Source: Thecamonas trahens ATCC 50062 (taxonomy: Eukaryota > Protista > Apusomonadida). Taken from it: a DNA stretch of 63,821 nucleotides. Shown here in pieces: positions 9,491-20,043 of the stretch. Made by a program: the position numbers and the translations under genes. How positions within the stretch are numbered: the first letter of the stretch is position 1; each line of letters begins with the position of its first letter. Under the pieces are notes generated by a model. That model saw only the letters and a program-made list of their open reading frames with translations, searched no databases and had not been told where the DNA came from. Where the stretch lies: contig NW_013657658.1 in the NCBI RefSeq assembly GCF_000142905.1, positions 124,001 through 187,821 of the forward strand, read 5' to 3'.

Positions 9491-12300
9491 CAGTGTTTGA
9501 AATTTCGCGAAATATTGGTCAGGAATGAATACCTGGACCTTTGGAATGAATATTCCTCTACAGGTCGATACCGAGCTTCGTGGAGGCAGCGATCCAGCAG
9601 CGCGTGAGCACCATCTTCTCGATCCTTTCGGAGTCAAGACGGTTGCGCTTACGAGTGAGCATGTCTGTGCCCACCGAGTTGAGCCGTTCCACGCTCGCAG
9701 CTGCAGCAGAGGGGAGCAGCAGCGGACGAAGGAGCGCCGTTGCTGCCTCCATAAGATCGAAGATGCGCTGATCGTCACCGAAGCGGCACTTAGTGCGGGC
9801 CAAGGCGGGGATCAGCTGGATGCGCGCGTCTGGCGACATCGTTACACCGATGTTCTTGTAGTCGAAGATGGCCTGAGTAAGTGCCTTGGAGTAACTCTCG
9901 ATTAGCAGAGTCGCGGAAGGGCGGTTGCTCGCCTGCTGGGCAAAGGCCGTGCGCGGCTTCTTGGACCCAACGCGACTACCGGTGGTAGCCTCAAGCTGGC
10001 GCTTGTACTTTTGCAGAATAAGGTCCACAACTTCATCACATCGTGACGACTCAGTCCCGCACTCGGACACACCTGATGAACCGGCACTGATGTTGTTCGC
10101 AGATGCAGAGGCGCGCCGAGGAGCATCATCTGGGGCAAACGCGATGTCCACCACTTCCGGGACAGGTTCGTTCTCGGTGCGCGCAAGCTGGTCATGGAAT
10201 GCAACCGCAATCTTGCTCGCAAAGCGGCCCCACACGTCGCGGCGAACGCGCTGGATCAAGGTATCTGTCGTTCTGTCGCCGTACAATGCCTTGGCGTAGC
10301 AGCCATAAAACTCTCGCAGTTGCTCATGGGTGACCTCGGGGTCAATGAGGAAAGCGAATAGCGATGTGTCTTGCTCGGCAAAGTACTTGAGCTCGCTTCC
10401 GATTGCCTTCAAAGCGGCTGTGCCCGCGCCAGACGCCTGGACTGAGATAATCTCTTGCATGCCGGAGCGCATATGCAGCATCGTCACAATCGCATCCGAG
10501 GGCCGATTATCCTCCCTCTGCGATCTGGTGGAGGCCATGTCGATCATGCTGAGGACTGGGTACGCGAGCTTGAGCTGCGCCCAGTCGTCGTCCGAAAGCT
10601 TCTCGACCGAGACCTCCGGCATGGAGCAGAGCTCGTCAATGTCCTCGCGCATGTCGAGCATGCGATTGAGCATGGCAACAGTCGACCCCCAGCGGGTGAC
10701 GACAGATGGGCGCAGCGACCGCGGACGACGACGTGGCATGATAGGAGGGGCGACCTTGTGCGCCAATCCGCCCTGCACTAGCCCTTTGTACTTGGAGACC
10801 TCGATGTTGTACTCCTCCTGTTCCAAGTGCTCCTTCTTGTCAATGATATGGTCGAGGTAGCGCTTGACCTTAGACGAGCGCTGAACGAGGGCCACAATGC
10901 GACGAGCCTTCGACAGAGGATCCGGGCGACCATCGAGAGGGGCATTGGGCAGGTCTGAGAGCAACAAATCGTCGAGGGGGACGTCATCGTTGGTAGCACC
11001 GGGGTTCTTGCGCTTGGCCACTGGCGCAACTGGTGCGGGCGCCGACAAGTCGGCTCCGCTGAACGGACCTGGCGTTGGATCGCTCGAGTTAGCCTCCATT
11101 GGCTCGGTGTCGCTACCTACGTCATCCCCCTCCGTGTCCGAAAAGTTGTCCACAAGCTTGTCTCCGACTAGGTCGAGCATGTTGTCCTGCATGATGAGCT
11201 CAGGGCAGGGCTCGGCGACCGAGCCGAGGTGGCGGATGACCTTGCCTGCGATGAGGTTGATGCGGTGGGATAGGCAGGGAAACCAAGGCAGACCAAGCTC
11301 ACGCGCCATGCACGGCATGACCGACGTAGTGTCAGTCGCCACGCCGCAAACACGGCCCCACTCCAGTCCCATCCGATCCGTGCATTCCTTCACCATACTG
11401 GCCAGTGTGGCCGCATTGGTAGACAGGTGATCCAGTGCTTCCGCTGCTACGGCGCCTGATGATGGCTCGCTATCCAAACCAGTCTCCTGGATCGCGAGCA
11501 TAGTCTCAGGCGTGAGGGCACGAAAAGCAACCGGAACGGTTACACGCTCTCCATCATTATTGTAGAAGGAGGCGCACATGCCGAGAAATGACTTGTGTGT
11601 CGCCTTGGACGTCCACTCGTCGACATACAGCACGACAGGTCCGGACTTTGTCAGGTTGACGACGGACTGGCGGCAGCGCTCAAACAACGCATCAAGGCCA
11701 GGTCCGGCTACCTGGTACGCAGATGGAAGTACTTGCTTGATTTGCTCAACAGAGAGGCGCGATGCCGCCGCCACCATGGCGTGCATGTCGGGGTTGTCCA
11801 TGATGCGGAACGGCGAGTGCGAGCTCAGGACGAACTTGACGGCTGCAGGCGCCGTTGCCCTCTTGCGAGCCGCTAGTGACTTGCCGGACAGCGTCCCAAG
11901 TGACTGCGTGATGGATGGCTGGGACGAGGTCTCAGGGCCGACTGCCTTAGCAAGCCGCTGGATGAGGCTGCGGTGCTGAAGCTTCATGTGGTTGGCGATG
12001 TTGGAGGTCTTACCATGCGAGGCGGTGACCTGCACGCCACACAGCATGCATCGAAACTTGCCATCCTCGCCACCTTCATCTTCGTAAACCACCGACCAGT
12101 ACACGCTTGACTTGCTTTGACTGCGAACACGCAAGTTGCGCAGCACATCGCCGGTCATGGTAGTGCTGAGAGCGGTGTAGATTCTGGCGTCAAGTCCGGG
12201 CAAAGTCGCACATGTGGGTATTCATAGCCCCGAAAGGGAATACCGAATTGAATACCTGGATGAATAGACCGATGAATGCTGGTATTCATTGCAAACACTG
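9491..12300 (-). mobile_element. Complete hAT-superfamily DNA transposon (2810 bp)
   Basis: TIRs CAGTGTTTGAAAT (9491-9503) and ATTGCAAACACTG (12288-12300), one mismatch. Identical 8-bp TSD AAAGCAGC at 9483-9490 and 12301-12308. Internal transposase ORF and lower GC than the flanks. Confidence 0.96.
9558..12158 (-). CDS. hAT transposase (BED zinc finger, DDE RNase H fold, C-terminal dimerisation domain)
   Basis: BED finger W...CMLC...HMKLQH. Catalytic-type motifs YVDEWT, ATDTT, CLSH (CxxH), TRWGST and SVERLNS. No internal stops; first ATG at 12158. Confidence 0.93.
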   Translation of the reverse strand: MTGDVLRNLRVRSQSKSSVYWSVVYEDEGGEDGKFRCMLCGVQVTASHGKTSNIANHMKLQHRSLIQRLAKAVGPETSSQPSITQSLGTLSGKSLAARKRATAPAAVKFVLSSHSPFRIMDNPDMHAMVAAASRLSVEQIKQVLPSAYQVAGPGLDALFERCRQSVVNLTKSGPVVLYVDEWTSKATHKSFLGMCASFYNNDGERVTVPVAFRALTPETMLAIQETGLDSEPSSGAVAAEALDHLSTNAATLASMVKECTDRMGLEWGRVCGVATDTTSVMPCMARELGLPWFPCLSHRINLIAGKVIRHLGSVAEPCPELIMQDNMLDLVGDKLVDNFSDTEGDDVGSDTEPMEANSSDPTPGPFSGADLSAPAPVAPVAKRKNPGATNDDVPLDDLLLSDLPNAPLDGRPDPLSKARRIVALVQRSSKVKRYLDHIIDKKEHLEQEEYNIEVSKYKGLVQGGLAHKVAPPIMPRRRPRSLRPSVVTRWGSTVAMLNRMLDMREDIDELCSMPEVSVEKLSDDDWAQLKLAYPVLSMIDMASTRSQREDNRPSDAIVTMLHMRSGMQEIISVQASGAGTAALKAIGSELKYFAEQDTSLFAFLIDPEVTHEQLREFYGCYAKALYGDRTTDTLIQRVRRDVWGRFASKIAVAFHDQLARTENEPVPEVVDIAFAPDDAPRRASASANNISAGSSGVSECGTESSRCDEVVDLILQKYKRQLEATTGSRVGSKKPRTAFAQQASNRPSATLLIESYSKALTQAIFDYKNIGVTMSPDARIQLIPALARTKCRFGDDQRIFDLMEAATALLRPLLLPSAAAASVERLNSVGTDMLTRKRNRLDSERIEKMVLTRCWIAASTKLGIDL

Positions 12301-12354
12301 AAAGCAGCCCACCTGTCGCTCGCCCGCACGCGTGATCAGCCTCGGGAGCACCGC

Positions 12355-14253
12355 ATGGCAGCGTCAGCCGACACCGTTCCGACTAGCCCCGGCACTTCCG
12401 CGGCCAAGGCAAGCAACAAGCTCGCGAATGGTGATGGCAGCGAGGTGCCGTCGGTGCTCGAGCTGTTGGAGAGCCTCCAATGGGAGAACAGCTGCGTGAC
12501 GTCGCTGCCGTACGAGGCCGAGCCGCCGCCGGGCGCACCTGCGCAGCGCGAGGTTGTAGGCGCATGCTTTGCGGCTGCAGCACCGACTCCTGTGGCTTCG
12601 CCGCGTCTTGTGGCCTACTCGCGTAGCGCCCTTGCCCTCCTCGGCATCGACCAGGACGCTCTCGCCGCGAGCGTGGCCACCAACCGCGACGATGCCGCCG
12701 CTGTCTTTGCAGGCAACGTTGTGCCGGCCGGCGCATCCCCTGCGGCCCACTGCTACTGCGGCTTCCAGTTTGGCTACTTTTCCGGCCAGCTTGGTGACGG
12801 CGCCACCATGTACCTCGGTGAGACCGTGGGCGGGCCTGCAGGGCGCATGGAGATCCAGTACAAGGGCGCGGGCAAGACCCCATTCTCGCGCACCGCCGAC
12901 GGGCGCAAGGTCTTGCGCTCCTCGCTCCGCGAGTTTATCGCCTCGGAGGCCATGGCTGCCCTCGGCATCCCCACCACCCGTGCCGGCTCGCTCGTTGTCT
13001 CAGACACCTACGTTGTACGCGATGTCTTCTACGACGGCAACCCGGCCATGGAGCCGGCCGCCGTCATCACTCGCCTCGCGCCGTCGTTCCTCCGCTTCGG
13101 CTCGTTTGAGATTTGCCGGAGCGAGGACGAAGTCACTGGCCGCGCCGGCCCTTCGGCCTCGGCTCCGCATGTCCTTGGCGATCTCACCCGCTTTGTCATC
13201 GATCAGTACTACCCTCACCTGGCGGGTGTCGAGCGGCCGGTTGAGGCGCTCGTCCTCGACGTTGCTGCCCGGACCGGCCGCCTGGTCGCGGGCTGGCAGA
13301 CGGTTGGCTTTTGCCACGGCGTCCTCAACACTGACAACATGTCCATCCTTGGCCTGACCATTGACTATGGTCCGTACGGTTTTTTGGAGCACTACAACGC
13401 CCAGTATGTGTGCAACGGCTCGGACGATGGAGCCCGCTACACCTACGGCGCTCAACCGGAGATTTGCGCCTGGAACTGCTGCAGACTTGCCGAATCGCTC
13501 CGGCCGCTTCTGGACGATGAGGGCGCAAGCATGAGCGAGGAGGAGGTTCGCAACGCGTTCTTTGCCGCCTACGATGACGAGTACGTTGCCCGGATGCGCG
13601 AGAAGCTCGGCCTCCGCCCCGATGTTGAGCCGCACGAGGTGCGCGCGTATGCCAAGAGCCTGTTTGAGGTGTTTGACGCCACCGGCGCAGACTTTACCTC
13701 GACCTTCCGGCTCCTCGCTTCACTTCACGCTGGCTGCAACGAGACTGAGCTCGCTGCGCGCATTGCATCCCGGTGCGTCACTCCGGCACAGCTAGAGGCT
13801 GCCGCCCAGGGCCGCATTTCGGACGAGAAGATTGCTGCGGTGCGCCAACTGCTCGCCACCGCTCCGCACATGCTCGCGCACATTCCGCCGCGCGTGCTGC
13901 AGGGCGAGCTACGTAAGGCCGAAGTGCGGGAGCGCGCCCGCGCGCTCTCCGCTTACCAAAAGGTGGCCGACGACACTGCCGCCTGGCAGTCGTATCTGAC
14001 CGGGCCGTACGCCGCCATGGTTGCCGAGGCCGGCTCTGATGAGCCGACTCGTGCTGCGCAAATGGCGGCAGCCAACCCTGCCCAAGTCCCGCGCAACGCC
14101 ATCTTGCAGGCCGCGATCGACGCCGCCGAAAGCGGTGACTTTGCGCTTGTCGACGCCCTCGTCGACGTCGACTGGTTCGACGACGACGCCGTGGCAGGGC
14201 TGGCCGGCGCCGACGGCGCCGTCGAGCCGATGGTGGTCACCTGATCTTCGTAG
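12355..14253 (+). CDS. SELENOO: Selenoprotein O (YdiU/SelO pseudokinase AMPylase), Sec at TGA 14242-14244
   Basis: YCGFQFGYFSGQLGDG, KGAGKTPFSRTADGRKVLRSS, FLRFGSFE and GFCHGVLNTDNMSILGLTIDYGPYGF. The 3' end ACC TGA TCT TCG TAG reads T-U-S-S-stop, the SelO C-terminus. SECIS downstream. Confidence 0.95.
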
Positions 14254-14280
14254 ATCTTCCAGCTCCGCTCCCGAGTGTGC

Positions 14281-14393
14281 TATCGCTCGCTGTAGGCCTG
14301 TCTCCCATGACGATGCTTGGCCCCAAGCTCTCTGCGCGCTACGCGTGGGCGAGCCGGCCAGGTCTCCGAGCCGGGCAGGCCCAGCGGGCGGTG
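14281..14393 (+). promoter_or_regulatory. SECIS element (type II-like) in the SELENOO 3' UTR
   Basis: Helix I: TATCGCTCGCTG..GGCCTGTC pairs with GGCAGGCC CAGCGGGCGGTG. Core ATGAC (14307) and CGAG (14367-14370). Helix II: GATGCTTGGCC/GGCCAGGTCTC. Unpaired CCAA followed by an apical extra stem. Confidence 0.85.
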
Positions 14394-14459
14394 TTTGTGG
14401 TGCACGCGCGGAGCGTCGAGTTGGCAGGGTGCAGGGTGGAATGGAAAGAGAGAAATTGT

Positions 14460-14908
14460 TTAGATGGTCTTGATGGTGGTGGTGAGGCGGTCGGCAATGT
14501 CGGCCGGGTCGGCAGCGTCAGCGAGCGGAATGGTGGTCTCCACGCCCTTGGGCAGGCGAAGGACAATGTGCGGGGAGACGCCGGGCGCCGGGCGGACCAG
14601 CAGCGGCACCTCCGGGTTGGCCTTCTTCAGCGCGACGTAGTTGGAGGCCACGTAGTTGCTACGGGAATGTATGCATGCATATGTATATGTGTGTGGTGTA
14701 TGTGCGTGTGTGTTGGGGGATCTTGGCGACACAGAGAGGGGGGGAGGGGAGGGGGGGGTAGGGTTAGGGGGTTGGGCAAGGGTATGGGCAAAGGTAGGAC
14801 GTACCGCATGGGCTCAGAGGCTGACGAGTATTCACAAAAGTGGAAGCGGACCTCGCGGACGACCTTTGCCAGGTCTGCGACGGCAGCAACAGCAGCACGG
14901 GAAGCCAT
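14460..14908 (-). CDS. NDUFA2: NADH:ubiquinone oxidoreductase subunit A2/B8 (exons 14908-14805, 14658-14460)
   Basis: VREVRFHFCEYSSASEPMR|NYVASNYVALKKANPEVPLLVR matches the L51/S25/CI-B8 family. GTACGT..TAG intron. Confidence 0.88.
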
Positions 14909-15145
14909 GGGTGTGTGTGGGGGAGAGGGGGGTGGGGTGGGGGGGGGGGAAGGGGGTGTGGTGGTGTGGTGGGAGGGAGTTGTGTGTGTCGGGGGGAAAG
15001 GGAGGGAAGGTCGTTTGGGGGCCGCTGGCTGAATACTCTCGGAGGAGGGGCGGGATAGGGGTTGGTTTCGGGAGGGGGGGGGGGGAATGGGCTCACTACT
15101 CTCTCTCTCTTTCTCTTTCTCTTTCTCTCTGTCGGTTGTGGGCGC

Positions 15146-15323
15146 ATGGTAGGTCAATGGGCGGGATAGGGGCAGGGGTAGTGGGGAGGCATGTATGGAG
15201 GAGGTGGGGAGTGTGTGTGGGTGAGAGGAGGGGGGTAGGTGGGTGGGTGGGGGTGGTGGGAGGGGGGGGGAGGGAGGGGAGGGGTGAGGGGGGAGGGACA
15301 GAGGAGAAGGGGGGTCAGCTAGC

Positions 15324-15367
<44 letters not shown>

Positions 15368-18300
15368 GTGAGGGGTATGCGTATGTGTGTATGCGTATGT
15401 GTGTGTGTGTGCGTGTTTGTGTGTGTGGGGGGGCGGAGCTGGCCAAGGGCGGGAAACCGAGACTCACAGCTCGGTTGTGTCGGTGTGTGTGTCGGTGTGT
15501 CGGTGTGTGTGTCGGTGTGTGTGTCGCTGTGATGGGGTATGGGTGCCGCGGGAGAGACAGAAGCAGGTTGCGTTGCTTCCGGCAGGCGCCCAGCCGTGGA
15601 ACCGCCACACAATCTCGGCCCACTCGTCATTGTACGCATACGCCTCGACGCTTGCAGTGTACGTGTACAAGCGGACCGACGGCGGCGGGTTCCGCCTCTA
15701 CAGGGTACTCGCCGGCCACGAGAAGACCATTACTGCTGTCGACTTGTGCCGAACCAACGAGAAGCTCATTCTCTCGGCCTCGCAGGAGAACAAGGTCATT
15801 GTCCGGGATGTGCAGTCGGGTGCCGAGCTGACCCGCGTTCGGACCGCCGCCACGCCCACCTGCGCTGCATTCTCGCCCACTGTCCGCACCCTCATCGGGT
15901 ACGGTGACGCCAAGGGCGCGCTCGTGTTTTGGAACTTTGAGGCCAACGTGGAAAAAGTCGCTACGGGCCTGACCTCCAAGACCATCACCCTCCTCCGGTG
16001 GAACCCAAAGGTGAGTTCCATCCTCGCGCTCGGCACCGAGGACGGCACCATCATCATCGCCGAAGCCCCGGCCGACATGGTCGAGGGCTCCGCCAGCGGC
16101 GCCATCTTTGACGTCGATGACGACGACGGCCGGCCTAGAGCGAGCTCGGCCGGTGGCAAGTCCAAGTCCAAGTCCAAGTCCAAGTCCAAGTCCAAGGCCA
16201 AGGCCAAGTCCAAGTCCAAGGCCAAGTCCAAGTCCAAGTCGCGCCGCGGCTCGTCGCGAGCAGAAGAGATCTCGGTCGAGTTTGTCAAGTTTCGACGCGA
16301 CGACGCCTCCTCGGCTTCCAACCCAGCGGTGTGTGACCTGGCGTGGGACCCGCTCTCGAACAACTACCTCCTCGCCGCGTTTATGGACTCGGTCCTCTGC
16401 ATGTACGACGTCGAGGGCCAGACCCGGCTCAAAAAGTTTGAATGTCCGAGCGCCGGCGTCCAGTCGCTCGCCTGGGTCGTCCGCTCGCCGGGCGAGTTTG
16501 TCACCACTGACGCCCGCGCCGGCGTCATCCGCGTGTGGAACGTCTCGCGTGACTCATACAAGGAAATGATCAAGGTCTCTGAGGCCGCCTTTCACAACCT
16601 GGCCTTTTTCGAAAAGTCGAGCTCGGCCGTGTGCTCGTTCAAGGACGGCTCCGTCGGCGTTTACTCGCTGCAAAAGCGCGGCTGGGAGAGCCTCGCCTCG
16701 CCGGGCCACCGCGAGACCATCTTTGACGCCAAGTTTTGCCCGTCGAACGCCAACCACCTCGCCACGGCCTCGTTTGACGGAACGGTCAAGGTCTGGGACG
16801 TGCGGAGCATGGAGTGTGTGAGCTCGTCGCCGGGCAACGAGGGCGTCCTCTACTGCCTCTCGTGGTCGCCAACCGAGCCGGTCCTGCTTGCCTCGTCAGC
16901 CGAGGGTCACGTCCTGGTCTATGATGTCGAGCGAGGCGTCGTTGTCACTCGCATTCAGCATCACACCGACGCCGTGTTTCGGGTTGCTTGGTGCCCCACA
17001 CACCCGCGCATCTTTGCCTCGGCCTCGCGCGACGGCTCTGTCATGGTCTGCACCGTCGACGGCGACATGCTCGCAAAGCTCCGTCACCCCAAGGCCTGCT
17101 ACGGCGTCGACTGGTCGCCGTTTGCAGGCGGCCTCCTCGCCACCGGCTGCCACGACGGCGCCGTCCGCCTCCACACGCTTGACCTCGAGCACCTACTCAC
17201 GGGCGGCTCTGGCGGGGTGAAGAGCGTCGAGACGCTCACCGGCCACAGCGCCCGTGCCTTTAACGTAGCCTTTTCACCGCTTGTCCGCGACTGGGTTGCC
17301 TCGGGCTCGGACGACGAGGATGTCCGTGTGTGGTCGGTCCTCTCCGGCAGCTCGGTCGCCGTCCTCTCGGCCCACACCTCGAATGTGCGTGGCATCGTCT
17401 GGTCGCCGGAAATCCCGTACCTTCTCATTTCCGGCTCTTGGGACGCGTCCATCCGATTGTGGGACGTCCGCGACTCGTCGTGCCTCGCCACGGTCCTTGA
17501 CCACCACGCCGACGTCTACGGGCTGAGCGTCCACCCGCAGCGGCCCTTTGTCTTTGCGTCGTCGTCGCGGGACACCACGCTGCGCCTGTGGTGCGTCGAG
17601 TCAGTCATTGCGTCGACTCGCCTCAAGCTGCTGACCGGCGCCGCCGAGTTGAGCTCGCTCCTCGGCTCGCCGCTCGACGTGGTGTCGTCTGCGAGCCAAC
17701 CGCTGCGGCTGTGCGGGCCGGCCTCGGCTGCTCTCGCTGCGGCGCTTGACGACGGTGAGGTGGCGCTCGGCACGGTTGAGGGCTACGCCCGCCTGTTGGG
17801 CCTCTTCTTTGCCCCGCGCGGACTTGAGGAGCTCTTTGCCCTGGCCGCTGCCGCGCTGACCGGCGAGGCCCCGGCCGACGACGACGTCCGCGTCGCCCTC
17901 CCGTACACGCGCGCTGTCGCCAGCAGCGGCCAACCGACTGTGGCGCTCGGCGGTGAGTCCAAGTTTGTTGGCGGCGCGGTCGGCGCTCCGCGCCGGCGCG
18001 ACCGCCTCGCTGCCGCGCAAAAGGAGGCGCTGCGCTTTGGCCGCATGCGCGAGGTGTGTGAAATCTCGTTTGAGCTTGGCGAGTATGAAAAGGCCGTCGC
18101 CCTCGCACCCTGCGTCTCGATGGCGTACTGGCAATCGCTCTGTGCCCGCTACGCCTCGGTCCTCGATGAGCGTGGCTCGGACGAGGGCGGGGCGTACCAG
18201 GCGGCCGCCGGCGGAACGCCAGCGCTCGTGCAGTGGCTCATCGAGCGCGGCGATTTGACTGGTGCCTACGAGGCAGCCCACTTTGGCGCGCGCGTCCGCC

Positions 18301-19633
18301 GTGAGACAATCGACTCGAGCGAAGGCATGGCCGATGAAGCTGTCTCGGTCCTCTCCGCTGGCTCGTCCGCCTTTAGCGGCGTCGACCGCGGGCCCGGCGC
18401 AGGTCGCGGCGACGCACGCCTTGTCGCCCGCGTGGCCGACCTCGTTGCCGAGCGCCACTTTCAGAACTCGGAGCCGGTTGTCGCTGCCGCGTGCCATTTG
18501 GCTGTGGAGGATGTCGCCCGCGCCGTGCAGAAGCTCATGAAGGGCCACGAGGTCGAGATTGCCGTTGCCCTCGCCGTCGCCCTCGACGTCCCGCACACGC
18601 GCCACGTCCATGAGGCGCTCGCAGCGCGCGCCGAGGCACTTGGCGAGTTTGAGCTTGCCCTCGCCTGCCTCAAAGACTCACGGGTGCGCGACCCGATCAA
18701 CTCGGCCGCCCGGATCTGCGCCCGCTTTGGCGGGCTTAAGAAGCTCTCGCGGAACGCCCTTCATGCCGCCGCCGGCCTTCGCTCGCCCGAGGCCTACCTG
18801 GAGGAGGCGACTCGCGCACAGGAGCGCGACGAACCGAGTGCGAGCGTGGTGCGGGCATACATGCTCTCGTCGGCGCCCGAGCCTGGCCTCGATGCCGGCC
18901 TCGCCGCTGTGGCGAAGCTCCTGCGCTGCGACGCCTTTGAGCTCGAGGCCATCGGTGAGATTGTCGACTGGATGACGTGCGTGCGAAGCTCTGTCCTCCG
19001 GCGCTACGCCCGCAGGAAGGAGGTCATGGCGTACGCGTCGTACGTGGGCGCGTTCCGCGCCATGTACCGCGGCTTTGTTCCCGTCGTCGGCCCACTTGTC
19101 GACAACGTCGCTGACCTCGTCAAGAGCGGCGGTTTTGAAGCGCCGTTTGCCGGCGACATCGGCCTTGTTCAGCTCACCGCCGCGCACTTTTCGCCGCCCG
19201 AAACGACGACCGCATGGCCCATCGCATGCTCAAGGCGGCCAAGCGGGCGTACGCCTCCGGAGAGAGCCCTGGGGCAGAGGCGGCAAAGCGGTCCATGGGC
19301 GTGCTACGCACAAGGCTTGCTCGCAAGGCCGCCTCGTTCCGGGGTTCCACCTCGCTCCCGGCCTCTTTCACCGTCAGCGCCGGCTCAACCGAGGCCGGCG
19401 GAGGCTCGCGAAGCGGCGCTTCCACCTCGGGCGTCATCATTGTCTCGGGCGCGCGCCTGCCATCAGGCGTCAACACCCGCGATCCGCGGTGGTCCATGTT
19501 CTCGGGCGAGCAGATCGACGGCCCTGTGTTTGGTGTGGGCAAGGGCTGGATCCCGCGCGAGGAGGCGCTCATGTGGGGCCTGGTCAATGCTCTCTCACCC
19601 GCGAATGACGGGCGTCGGATCAATCCGTTCTGA
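15146..19633 (+). CDS. WDR17: WD repeat protein 17 (probable ATG-only exon 1, intron 15149-15560; apparent frameshift near 19190)
   Basis: KQVALLPAGAQPWN N-terminus, many WD40 repeats, GH.ETIFDAKF. The WDR17-type C-terminus ...EEALMWGLVNALSPANDGRRINPF lies in a shifted frame (19214-19633). Confidence 0.85.
15326..15365. repeat. (GT)n microsatellite in the probable WDR17 intron
   Basis: GT run with degenerate GT-rich sequence continuing to about 15525. Confidence 0.9.
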
Positions 19634-19923
19634 GTGAAAGCCAGAGAGAGAGAGAGAGTCCCCGGACCATGTTTGCCCTATGTGGGGTGTTTGGGGGGAG
19701 GGGTGGTGTTGGGGGGTGTTGGGGGGAAGGTGCCACAGTTGTCGCAAGTAAGTGAGGTGGGGGGTAGGGGGGGGGGGGGGGGGGTGGCGGTGGGGAGAGC
19801 AAACGTTACTGAGTGTGGGGTGTGGGCATGTGTGCATGACTCATGTGTGCATGATGGTGGTGTGTGCATGACGGTGGTGTGTGCTTGGCGGTGGTGTGTG
19901 CTTGGCGGGTCGGACGGCGGTAG

Positions 19924-20010
19924 ATGGCGCGCCGCAAGAAGGGCAACCGGGGCAAGGGAAAGAGCAACAAGGGCGGTGGCCGGCGCAACAACAACGGCGG
20001 AGGACGTGGC

Positions 20011-20043
<33 letters not shown>

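Noticed and set aside
12289-14244. SELENOO ending at TGA 14244 and starting at 12289
   Set aside because: The conserved U-S-S-stop and the SECIS argue for readthrough. The 12289 start is a non-ATG codon inside the transposon TIR.
4335-14253. Sulfur/selenium gene cluster (CBS plus SELENOO)
   Set aside because: Separated by an unrelated gene, with no mechanistic link beyond proximity.
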